Positions 20,593 through 29,205 of a DNA stretch of 64,000 bases are shown here, one piece after another. The notes beneath the pieces were generated by a model. That model was not told where the DNA came from. It was given only the letters and a program-made list of their open reading frames with translations, and ran no database searches. Both the position numbers and the translations under genes were made by a program. Source of the stretch: Acidobacteriota bacterium (lineage in GTDB: Bacteria > Acidobacteriota > Thermoanaerobaculia > Gp7-AA8); the NCBI GenBank assembly GCA_016184115.1, contig JACPDH010000077.1:64103-128102 (forward strand), given 5' to 3'. How positions within the stretch are numbered: position 1 is the stretch's first letter; each line of letters opens with the position of its first letter.

Positions 20593-22953
20593 ATGGCGGA
20601 AGCGGGTGACGTCACGGCGGAACGCCGGAACGACTTCTTGGCGATGGCGTTGCTGTCGCTCATTGTCACGGTCCTGTACGCGGACGTGCTCTTTCTCGGG
20701 GCGAACTTTTTCACACGCGATCTTACGATCTATCACTACCCGATGAAGTGGGTCGTGCGCGAGTTGATACTCGGCGGCGACTTCCCGTACTGGAACCGGC
20801 TCTACTCCGCAGGTCAGCCGCTCGCGGCAAACCCGGCGTACGAAGTCTTTTATCCGCTCCAATGGCTGACGCTCCTGCCCGACTACAATTTTGGTTTCCG
20901 TCTCCACATCGTGGCGCACGTCTTCATCGCGGTGATCGGGGCGTACCGTTTTCTCCGTTCTCTCGAGTTGGGAGCGCCCGCGAGCCTCGCAGGTGCAACG
21001 GCATTCGGGCTTTGCGGGCCGTACGTCTCGACGGTCAACCTGTTGCCGTTTCTATTCAGCGTCAGCTGGGCGCCGTGGATCGCCCTCTACGCGCGGCGCT
21101 GGCTCCTCGCGCGGAGAGCGCGCGACTTCGCGGCGGCGGGCCTCGTCCTCGGGATGCAGGCGATCGTCTGCGAGCCCGTGACGCTTCTCCAGACGTGGGG
21201 TGTCATCGTCCTGTACGCGATCGGTGCCGGCTGGAAGCAGGGAGTGCTACGCGGGGCGATGAGAGGCGTGGCGCGATCGATCGGCCTCGTTGCGACCGGC
21301 ATCGCAGTCGCCGCAGTCCAGTTTCTCCCCGCGATCGACCACGCGTACGACTCCGTTCGAGGCCGCGGCTTCGAGCTCTGGGTCGCCTCACGGTGGAGTG
21401 TCGCGCCCGTTCGCCTCATCGAGGAGATCTTCCCGAATGTGTTTGGCTCGTCGGAGGGGCTCGGGCGGCTCTACTGGGGACAGTTTCGATTCGGCATGGA
21501 AGCGGGCGGTCCGTTTCTCTACAGCATCTATTTGTCGGTCGCGATCGTAGCGCTCGTGGTTGCTGGAATGTGGGGACGCGTGGCAGGACGGGGATTGACG
21601 GCGCTCGTGGCGGTGCCTTCCATCGTGCTTTCCTTCGGCGCGCACACTCCGCTGCTTGCGCTGATGCACGGCGCGGGGCTGCTGCCGTCAGTCCGCTACC
21701 CGGAAAAATTCATGCTTGTCGCGTCGTTCGCGTTGCTGACTTACGCGGCGATCGTGTTCGACGCGATCGTCAAGGGTAACAGTGCGTTGGCACGAAGGGG
21801 GGCGTGGCTCTGCGCTGCGTCGGGCGTTGTCGCGGCGGTGGTGTTCATTCTTTGCTTCCAGCCCGGATATCCCGAATGGTTCATGGAGTTCTGGCGTCGT
21901 ACTGACAGGAGCGCCGCATTGATCGCGCGGACGCAGTGGTTCGTCTCGGCGATTCGGAGCATCGCGTTCGCGTTCGCCTTCGCGGCACTCGCGCGCGACA
22001 CGGGGAGGAAAGCGATCGCGCTCTTCGTGCTCTTTCTCGTCGCCGACCTCGCTCCTCTCGGCAATCAGATCAATCCCCGAATCGACCGGAGCTTTTTCGA
22101 CACGCCGCCGCCTCTCCTCGCGAAGCTCGACATGCGGGGCACGAGACTCGCCCACGTTGCCGCGTTGCAGTTAGGCTCGAACGAGCAGAAAGCGTACTTC
22201 AAGTCGTACCGGACCTATTGGACGCTGCGAAACGGGCTCTGGCCCTACTCTCCCGCGCTCTGGGGTGTTCCGACCTGTCTCGAGTACGACGTTGACGAGA
22301 CGCAGCTGACGGCGACGCGCGACGTGATCGAGCTAGCCGACGTACTGTCGAAGAGGGGGATCACGGATTGGATCCCGATCGTCGGAGCGTGGTGCGCATC
22401 GGGGCCGGTGCTCACCTACCGTCATCCGGCTGCCGAGTTGAAGCGAATCGGTGATCGCTGGGACGAGATCGAACCGGTCACGGTGGATCCGTTCGTGCGA
22501 TACCCGCGGTATTTTTTTGCATCAGAAGTGGTCGCGGCTGCCGACAATACGGTACTAGCGGACTTGCTCGTCGCGCGACCGAGGAGTCCGCGCACGGCGT
22601 TCGTGAGGGAGGGCGCGTGGCGAGCCGGGAATGGCAGAGTCGTTGCCGCGCAGGAATCGGCGAGTCGCACGTTGGTCGATGTCGACGCCGGCGAAGACGC
22701 GTTTCTCGTTCTCGCTTCGACCTGGCACAAGTACTGGCGCGCAACGGTTGATGGCAGACAGGTGGAGATTGTTCCGACAAACGTCGCATTCCAGGGAATC
22801 GCAATCCCGAAGGGGGTGCATCGCGTGGAACTGCGCTACAGCAACCCGCTCATCGCGGTCGGAGGATTCCTGAGCCTGATGGCGCTCGCGACGCTTGCGG
22901 TCGTTGCAATCCGCGGCAACGGAAGAGCGGTTGGCGTAGGAGCGAACGAATGA
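20593..22953 (+). CDS. YfhO-family membrane glycosyltransferase-like protein, paralog 3
   Basis: RDLTIYHYPMKW...YWNRLYSAGQP...NPAYEVFYPLQWL; C-terminal STWHKYWRATVDGRQVEIVPTNVAFQGIAIPKGVHRVELRYSN. Confidence 0.6.
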   Translation: MAEAGDVTAERRNDFLAMALLSLIVTVLYADVLFLGANFFTRDLTIYHYPMKWVVRELILGGDFPYWNRLYSAGQPLAANPAYEVFYPLQWLTLLPDYNFGFRLHIVAHVFIAVIGAYRFLRSLELGAPASLAGATAFGLCGPYVSTVNLLPFLFSVSWAPWIALYARRWLLARRARDFAAAGLVLGMQAIVCEPVTLLQTWGVIVLYAIGAGWKQGVLRGAMRGVARSIGLVATGIAVAAVQFLPAIDHAYDSVRGRGFELWVASRWSVAPVRLIEEIFPNVFGSSEGLGRLYWGQFRFGMEAGGPFLYSIYLSVAIVALVVAGMWGRVAGRGLTALVAVPSIVLSFGAHTPLLALMHGAGLLPSVRYPEKFMLVASFALLTYAAIVFDAIVKGNSALARRGAWLCAASGVVAAVVFILCFQPGYPEWFMEFWRRTDRSAALIARTQWFVSAIRSIAFAFAFAALARDTGRKAIALFVLFLVADLAPLGNQINPRIDRSFFDTPPPLLAKLDMRGTRLAHVAALQLGSNEQKAYFKSYRTYWTLRNGLWPYSPALWGVPTCLEYDVDETQLTATRDVIELADVLSKRGITDWIPIVGAWCASGPVLTYRHPAAELKRIGDRWDEIEPVTVDPFVRYPRYFFASEVVAAADNTVLADLLVARPRSPRTAFVREGAWRAGNGRVVAAQESASRTLVDVDAGEDAFLVLASTWHKYWRATVDGRQVEIVPTNVAFQGIAIPKGVHRVELRYSNPLIAVGGFLSLMALATLAVVAIRGNGRAVGVGANE

Positions 22954-24347
22954 GGTTGGTGAATCGGTGGTCGTCGTCATTTCGATGGGTCGTCGGGCTT
23001 GTGCTCGTCGTGTTCCTCGCGCTGATCGTTCTGACGTTCCGACTCTCGAAGCCTCTCGAGGATCGCACGTACGTTCCTTTGGAGGAAGTGATTACGCCGG
23101 AGATCACACTCCTCCAGGAGTACGTCCGGATCGACACGTCGAATCCTCCCGGCAGGGAGCTCGACGGCGCAAGGTTCCTCATCGCGGAGCTCGCACGCCG
23201 GGGAGTCACGGCGGAGTTGATCGAGTCGGCCCCCGGACGTGCGAACGTCTACGCTCGCATCAAAGGGAAACGCCGCGGTGACGGACTCTTGCTTTTGCAT
23301 CACATCGATGTCGTTCCGCCAGGAGCGGAGGGATGGAGCGAACCTCCCTTTGCCGCGAAGACGAAGGCGAACATGCTCTATGGCCGGGGCACGCTCGACA
23401 TGAAGTCCATTGGTATCAGCCACCTCCTCGCGTTCGCCGATCTCGCGGCGATGGAGAGCCCGCCTCAACGCGACGTCGTATTCCTCGCGGTCGCCGATGA
23501 GGAGGCGGGCGGTGCGTTAGGCGTCGCTTGGCTGCTCGCGAACCGTCCCGACGTGTTCGAAGATGTCGGCTTTGCACTGAACGAAGGTGGGATCAGCGAG
23601 ACGGCCGAGGAGAAGCCGCGCCTTTTCGGAATCGAAGTCGGCACGCGCCAGCTCGTCAACCTCTCCCTGAAGGCGCGTGAACGGAGGCCTCTCGAGCTGG
23701 CCCGCACGGCGCTCCTCCCGTTCCAGAACCCCCGCGATCCGGAGCGCATTCTTCCCGAGGTTCCGGGGATTCTGAGAAACGCCTCGATGTACCGGATCGA
23801 GAAACGCGAGCTTCTTGCCGACGTCGAAGCGACGATCGCGAACGGCGATTTCTTCCGCTTGAGCACGGTGGATCGCTCGCTCTTCTTCTCCGCGATGAGT
23901 CTCGACGGCGTGCTCGCGGCGCCTGAAGGCGGCTTCACCATGAACGTCGTTCTGAACAACCTGTCGGACGTCAATCCTGACGATGCGATTGCGCGCGTCA
24001 GGCAGATCGTCGATCGATTCGGCGTCGCGATTGAGGTGGTCAGCAAGCAGGGGCCGTCGCCGATCACACCGACAGACTCGCGACTCTTTGCGCTCATCAG
24101 CGAGGAGGTCCGCCGTTCGTACGGCGACGAAGTCTTCGTCGGGCCGATTATTCTTCCCTTCTCCTCGAACGACTCTCGCTACCTGCGCCCGCGCGGGATC
24201 CGCGCGTACGGCCTTAGTCCGTTTCCCGTGACTCTCTACCAGACGTGGGGGATTCACGGGAGCGATGAGCGAATCCGGCTCGACTGGTTCGTCGAAGGTG
24301 TGAAGCTCACACGCCGCGTGGTGGCGAGGTTCGCGATGGAGCAGTAA
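22950..24347 (+). CDS. Secreted M20-family metallopeptidase (ArgE/DapE/ACY1/CPG2-like), paralog a
   Basis: Signal/TM anchor. HHIDVVP, GRGTLDMKS, ADEEAGG motifs. ATGA overlap with the YfhO-3 stop. Confidence 0.75.
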   Translation: MRLVNRWSSSFRWVVGLVLVVFLALIVLTFRLSKPLEDRTYVPLEEVITPEITLLQEYVRIDTSNPPGRELDGARFLIAELARRGVTAELIESAPGRANVYARIKGKRRGDGLLLLHHIDVVPPGAEGWSEPPFAAKTKANMLYGRGTLDMKSIGISHLLAFADLAAMESPPQRDVVFLAVADEEAGGALGVAWLLANRPDVFEDVGFALNEGGISETAEEKPRLFGIEVGTRQLVNLSLKARERRPLELARTALLPFQNPRDPERILPEVPGILRNASMYRIEKRELLADVEATIANGDFFRLSTVDRSLFFSAMSLDGVLAAPEGGFTMNVVLNNLSDVNPDDAIARVRQIVDRFGVAIEVVSKQGPSPITPTDSRLFALISEEVRRSYGDEVFVGPIILPFSSNDSRYLRPRGIRAYGLSPFPVTLYQTWGIHGSDERIRLDWFVEGVKLTRRVVARFAMEQ

Positions 24348-24510
24348 TTTGCGCTGGTCGGCGACAAAAATCGTCACTCGGATCGTGCCGCACGCGGAAC
24401 GGACGCCCCAACGCATTTTGCGTCAAACGTTTAGCCTTCCGCAATCGTTGGTATGTTTCTTGAACTGCACCGCAGGCGGTATCCAACCGTAACAGGAGGA
24501 AAGGAATCTT

Positions 24511-25038
24511 ATGATGCGAATCTCTCGTAAGCAGAAGGGTTTCACGCTCATTGAGCTGCTGATCGTCGTGGCGATCATCGGCATTCTGGCTGCGATCGCC
24601 ATTCCGAACCTGCTCTCCGCGATGCAGCGGTCGAAGCAGAAGAGGACGATGGCAGACATGCGTTCCATCGCGACGGCGTGGGAGTCCTACGCAACGGACT
24701 ACAACGCCTACAACGCTGCTGGTCAGGCGAGCTCGCTCGACATGGCCGACTTCAGCACCTACAGTTTCGCGAGCCTCATCGCGCGTGTCTCGCCGACCTA
24801 CATTCGCGCTCTGCCCCAGAAGGACGGGTGGGGAAATGACTTCACGTACGCCATCGATAACTCCACCGCGCTCAAGGCTCAGGAGTACGTGATTCGTTCG
24901 TTCGGCAAGGACGGACTGGAATCCGAAGGCGGTTCCTACACGAATGGACCGCGCCACGTATTCGAGTGCGACATCGTCTTCACGATGGGCGCATACGTTT
25001 CGTATCCGGAAGGCGTTCAGCAGGCGAAGTCGGACTAA
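24511..25038 (+). CDS. Type IV pilin-like protein (prepilin-type N-terminal cleavage/methylation domain)
   Basis: Leader MMRISRKQKG then mature FTLIELLIVVAIIGILAAIAIP (Phe+1, Glu+5). S/T/Y-rich C-terminal half. RBS AGGAGGA upstream. Confidence 0.8.
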   Translation: MMRISRKQKGFTLIELLIVVAIIGILAAIAIPNLLSAMQRSKQKRTMADMRSIATAWESYATDYNAYNAAGQASSLDMADFSTYSFASLIARVSPTYIRALPQKDGWGNDFTYAIDNSTALKAQEYVIRSFGKDGLESEGGSYTNGPRHVFECDIVFTMGAYVSYPEGVQQAKSD

Positions 25039-25068
25039 CGCTGACTCTCTTCTCTAGTCTTGTAGTGG

Positions 25069-25096
25069 AAAAGGGCGCCCTCGGCGCCCTTTTTCC
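25069..25096 (+). terminator. Rho-independent terminator after the pilin-like gene
   Basis: AAGGGCGCCC-tcg-GCGCCCTT followed by TTTCC. Confidence 0.7.
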
Positions 25097-25234
25097 TTAT
25101 GGACCGGGTCCGAGGACCGCGTTGTCGTTGTGTCGTGTTCCGTCGATCGCCTGCTATTCGCTGCAGCGGAATCGAGTCGATCGCCGCGCCGCTCGTCGTC
25201 GACGATGCCGATCATTCGTTATACTTCGCGCTGA

Positions 25235-26632
25235 ATGCGCCGCCTCTCTGGAATTGCTCTCATCCTCTTCGTGCTGAGCTTCGCGCAGAACTGTCGCGAG
25301 GCGGAAGCGGTTTCCGAGTCGCCGTTCGACAAGGAAGCCCAGAGTTACTTCATCGACTATCTGAAGATCGACACCTCGAACCCTCCCGGGAACGAGACCA
25401 CTGGCGCGGAGTTCCTTCGCGCAATCCTCGCGAAAGAAGGGATTGACGCAAAGCTCGTGGGACCCGACGCCGCGCGCAAATCGGTCTGGGCGCGACTCGA
25501 ATCGGGGAGCAGCAAGCCTGCGCTCCTGCTCATGCACCACATCGACGTGGTTCCGGTCGCTGAGAAGGAGTGGAGCGTCGCTCCGTTCTCCGGTGAGAAA
25601 GCGAACGGCTACATCTGGGGACGTGGCGCGCTCGACATCAAGTCGCTCGGAATCGCCCACCTCATGGCGATCATCGACATTAAGCGGCGAGGCGTGCCAC
25701 TCGACCGCGATATCGTGTTCCTTGGGGTAGCCGATGAGGAGACCGGCGGTAAGGCCGGCGTTCAGGCGCTGCTCGAACGGCAGCCCGAGCTCTTCAAAGG
25801 AGTCGGGTTCGTGCTCAACGAAGGTGGCGCAAATATTACGGTGGTCGATCGCATCGAGTCTTGGGGGATCGAAGTCGATCAAAAAGTTCCACTCTGGCTC
25901 CGCCTCACGGCGAAGGGCGAAGGGGGGCACGCGGCGATGCCTCCGCCGGATGGTGGAGCGACGCGAAAGCTGATCGAAGCCGCCTCCGCGGTCAGTGCCA
26001 TTCCGATGCGTACGGAACTGCACCCTTCGGTCGAGACATTCTTCAAATCGATCGCGCCGACCAAGCCGGGCAAGCGCGGGCAGGTGCTCTCCGATCCCCG
26101 ACGGCACATTGGTACTCCGCAGATCGCGGAGCTTCCGTACGGGCTTCAACTGCTTCTTCGCGACACGCTCGTGCTCACGCGACTCGAGGCGGGTACTTCG
26201 ACGAATGCGGTGCCTGACATCGCGACCGCAGATGTCGACATCAGGCTGTTGCCAGGCAGCGACCCATCGGATCTCATCCGACAGGTTAAGCAGGTCGTCG
26301 GTTCGCTTGCGGAGGTCGAGGTGCTGCTCAGCGGGCCGACCGCCCCTGCGTCGCCGGTCGATACCGAGTTATACACCGCGCTCGAAAAGGTGCTGCGCAG
26401 CGCCGCGCCTAAGTCGAAAGTGGGACCGATGGTTTCCGCGGGCACGACCGACAGCCGCTACTTCAGACGGCGCGGTATCGTCGCCTATGGTTTCTCACCG
26501 TTCAAGGTCAACTACTACGACGGCGCGACTGTCCACGGCTCTGACGAAAGGATCCGCATCCGCTTTTTCCTCGAAGGAGTGGCGCTGACGCGGCAGATCG
26601 TGAGCAGTTTCTGCGCCCGCAAGGCCGCATGA
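25235..26632 (+). CDS. Secreted M20-family metallopeptidase, paralog b
   Basis: Signal peptide MRRLSGIALILFVLSFA. MHHIDVVP, GRGALDIKS, ADEETGG. Same length (465 aa) as paralog a. Confidence 0.75.
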   Translation: MRRLSGIALILFVLSFAQNCREAEAVSESPFDKEAQSYFIDYLKIDTSNPPGNETTGAEFLRAILAKEGIDAKLVGPDAARKSVWARLESGSSKPALLLMHHIDVVPVAEKEWSVAPFSGEKANGYIWGRGALDIKSLGIAHLMAIIDIKRRGVPLDRDIVFLGVADEETGGKAGVQALLERQPELFKGVGFVLNEGGANITVVDRIESWGIEVDQKVPLWLRLTAKGEGGHAAMPPPDGGATRKLIEAASAVSAIPMRTELHPSVETFFKSIAPTKPGKRGQVLSDPRRHIGTPQIAELPYGLQLLLRDTLVLTRLEAGTSTNAVPDIATADVDIRLLPGSDPSDLIRQVKQVVGSLAEVEVLLSGPTAPASPVDTELYTALEKVLRSAAPKSKVGPMVSAGTTDSRYFRRRGIVAYGFSPFKVNYYDGATVHGSDERIRIRFFLEGVALTRQIVSSFCARKAA

Positions 26633-28779
26633 CGCGGCCGGCGTGGCGCCTGGCGGTGATCGCTGTCGTCGCGCTCGCTCCTTTTCTTCCGATGCTCGTG
26701 CGCGGCGAAGTGCCCGCGTTCCGCGACCATCGCGACTACTTCATTCCTCTTCGCGAAGCGACCGCCGAGGCGCTTCGGTCACACGAGCTTCCGCTCTGGA
26801 ATGCGCTCAGCGGCTCCGGCGAGCCGTGGCTCGCGAACCCGCAGACGGGCGTGTTCTATCCGCCGGCCTGGATACCGGCAGTACTCCCGTTCGAGATTGG
26901 ATACGTTCTCTTTCTCGCGCTCCATCTGGCAATTGCGGGATGGGGCTGGCGCCGCCTCATGATGCGGTGGACGGGTGACAGCGTGGCCACCCTCTCCGCC
27001 TGCGCGCTGATGCTCTCCGGTCCGATGCTCTCGCTTCTCGACGTTTCGAACTCGCTCGGCACCTTCGCGTGGATTCCGCTCCTACTTTCGTTTGCCCTCG
27101 AAGGGCGGCAGGATCGCGGCGCCGCGCGCGATGCGATCACGATCGCGCTCTGCTTTCTGGGCGGGGAACCGCTGCTCGCCCTGATCGCAGCAATTCTCTA
27201 TTCGGGCATCAGACTCCTCCGTGAAGGAGTTGCCGCGGCGCGGCCCGTAGCGGGCGTGGCGATCGTGTCGTTCCTCCTTTGCGGCGTGCAGCTACTTCCC
27301 TTCGTCGAGAGTCTCCGCGACAGCGACCGGTCTGCGGGACTCGAGGCCACGTCGTCGCTCGCTCACTCGCTGGCTCCTGTCGATTGGCTTCGCATGGCGG
27401 TTTCTCCGATGGCACCCGGAGATCGCTCCGTTGCGATGGGCTCCCAGCAGTTTCTCCCGTCGATCTATGTCACGCCGCTTCTTGCGCTTCTGCCATTTGC
27501 GGTGCCGTTGCTCTGGCATCGTGGGAGGTTACCTCGACGAGCCTGCGCCGGGCTTCTTCTGCTCCTCGTCGCGTCGGCGTTTCTCGCGGCCGGCTCGAGC
27601 ATGGCGCTGTCTTCGCGCGTCTATATGCTGCTGGGCCTCGCGGTGAATCGATACCCCGTCAAGCTCGCGTTGTTCGGAGTGCTCGCACTCGTTGCGCTCG
27701 GAACCATCTGCCTCGACCGCCTCCTCGACAGCCCGCGGCGAGACGCCTGTTGGGCGATCGCAGGCGTCGCGTTCGCCGCGACGATCCCATTCCTCGCCGC
27801 GGTCTCGGCCGGCGGCCACGCGGCCACGCTGCTGGCGGGCTGGGTCGTGCTGCTTGCCATTGCCGTCATCGCGAGACCGCCGCGAGTCTGGGTGGTTGCC
27901 GTCCTTGCGCTCGCGGTGTGCGCGGATTCGATCGCGTCGTCGCGGTTTCTGCTCGGATCACGCCCGCACACCTCCTCGATCACTCCGCACGCCGAGCTCA
28001 TGAGGAGGGACAGAAAAGTCGCTCGCCTCGAGCAGCTCGACGTGCTCATTGATCCAGCAGCGAGTCGGGCGAGCCGCGAGTCATGGCTTGGTGGTTACCT
28101 CAATCTTCGCAACGGACAGCCTGACGCGATGACGGCTGCTCCGGTCGTCGACGCGCACTACCTCGTACTCCTCGACTACGCGCTCTCTCGACCGCGACTC
28201 GACATCCTCGACGTGATCGGCGTTGGGTATCTCCTGACCATGCGGCAATTCGACGCTCCAGGGTTCCGTCAGATCGGCGAGCGTGACGGAGTGCGAATCT
28301 ACGAGCGCGATGCGGCGTTCCCGCCCGTCACGATCTGGGAGAGTCATGCGGTTGCGCGCGACCGCGACGACGCGTTCGCGTTGCTCTGGGGTGAATCGTG
28401 GAACGCGACGACGCGAATCGTCGTGACGGGCAGCGCTCCGGCACCTCTTCATGCCGCGGCCGCAGGCCCAGTGGGAACGGGGCGCGTCGTCGCAACGACC
28501 TGGCGGTCGCTAAGCGTTTCGGTGGAGTCGCCGCGGGGCGGCATTGCGGTCGTCACTCAGCGTGCGGCTCCTGGTTGGCGTGTCGTTGTCGATGGGTCTC
28601 CTCGAGAGGCTCTGCTCGTCGATGGCGTCTTTCGCGGTGTCGCGGTTCCAGCGGGCAGGCACACTGTAGTTTGGAGCTATGAGCCGCGATCGTTCGTCGC
28701 TGGCGCGGCCCTTTCGTTCACCGGTGCCGCGATCATCGCAGGCGCCCTCATTCGGCGTCGTCGGACTCGCCGCGCCTAG
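26629..28779 (+). CDS. YfhO-family membrane glycosyltransferase-like protein, paralog 4 (most divergent)
   Basis: RDHRDYFIPLRE...LWNALSGSGEPWLANPQTGVFYP. Multi-TM; C-terminal periplasmic region. 4-nt overlap with the M20b stop. Confidence 0.5.
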   Translation: MTRPAWRLAVIAVVALAPFLPMLVRGEVPAFRDHRDYFIPLREATAEALRSHELPLWNALSGSGEPWLANPQTGVFYPPAWIPAVLPFEIGYVLFLALHLAIAGWGWRRLMMRWTGDSVATLSACALMLSGPMLSLLDVSNSLGTFAWIPLLLSFALEGRQDRGAARDAITIALCFLGGEPLLALIAAILYSGIRLLREGVAAARPVAGVAIVSFLLCGVQLLPFVESLRDSDRSAGLEATSSLAHSLAPVDWLRMAVSPMAPGDRSVAMGSQQFLPSIYVTPLLALLPFAVPLLWHRGRLPRRACAGLLLLLVASAFLAAGSSMALSSRVYMLLGLAVNRYPVKLALFGVLALVALGTICLDRLLDSPRRDACWAIAGVAFAATIPFLAAVSAGGHAATLLAGWVVLLAIAVIARPPRVWVVAVLALAVCADSIASSRFLLGSRPHTSSITPHAELMRRDRKVARLEQLDVLIDPAASRASRESWLGGYLNLRNGQPDAMTAAPVVDAHYLVLLDYALSRPRLDILDVIGVGYLLTMRQFDAPGFRQIGERDGVRIYERDAAFPPVTIWESHAVARDRDDAFALLWGESWNATTRIVVTGSAPAPLHAAAAGPVGTGRVVATTWRSLSVSVESPRGGIAVVTQRAAPGWRVVVDGSPREALLVDGVFRGVAVPAGRHTVVWSYEPRSFVAGAALSFTGAAIIAGALIRRRRTRRA

Positions 28780-28867
28780 TTTCACGTGCCCGCAAAAGTC
28801 AAGGGCTTCCCATGCGACGCGCAGGTAGTAGAATTCCCGCTCGCTTTTCTTTTGGCCCGAGGAAAAC

Positions 28868-29176
28868 ATGTCCACGATTGACGACCGGTTGAATCAAATC
28901 ATTCGCGAGCTCATCTCGAGCGGTATCACGCTTGAACAGGCAGTCGAGGCGTTCGAAGCGAAGTACATCGTCGCCGCGATGAAGGAGAATCGTGGCAACG
29001 TGACGAAGGCGTCGGTCGTTCTCGGCGTTCACCGCAACACGCTGCACAACAAGCTCCGCAGTCAGGCGATGCTCAGCGGTTACGTGGCGACGCTTCGTCC
29101 GCGGCGCTCCTCATCGAAGCGCGGCGCAGCCGTGCGGGCTCGCGCGGGTGGGCACGACAACGGCAGGAAGGACTGA
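28868..29176 (+). CDS. Small Fis-family HTH DNA-binding protein
   Basis: 102 aa. EAKYIVAAMKENRGNVTKASVVLGVHRNTLHNKL resembles the C-terminal Fis-type HTH of NtrC-like proteins, here stand-alone. Confidence 0.5.
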   Translation: MSTIDDRLNQIIRELISSGITLEQAVEAFEAKYIVAAMKENRGNVTKASVVLGVHRNTLHNKLRSQAMLSGYVATLRPRRSSSKRGAAVRARAGGHDNGRKD

Positions 29177-29205
29177 GCCTCGGAGATCGCTCGCCGTGAG
29201 TCGGG

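Noticed and set aside
15803-22155. Multiple antisense or alternate-frame ORFs across the YfhO genes (e.g. 15803-16579, 16913-18073, 18040-18948, 19147-19761, 20748-21779, 21688-22155)
   Set aside because: Arg-rich, low-complexity sequences typical of off-frame translation in GC-rich DNA. The + strand frame carries the conserved YfhO motifs and TM segments.
23517-26149. Antisense ORFs within the M20 peptidase genes (23517-24416, 25154-26149)
   Set aside because: They are antisense to genes with clear M20 motifs. Their translations are Arg-rich and low-complexity.
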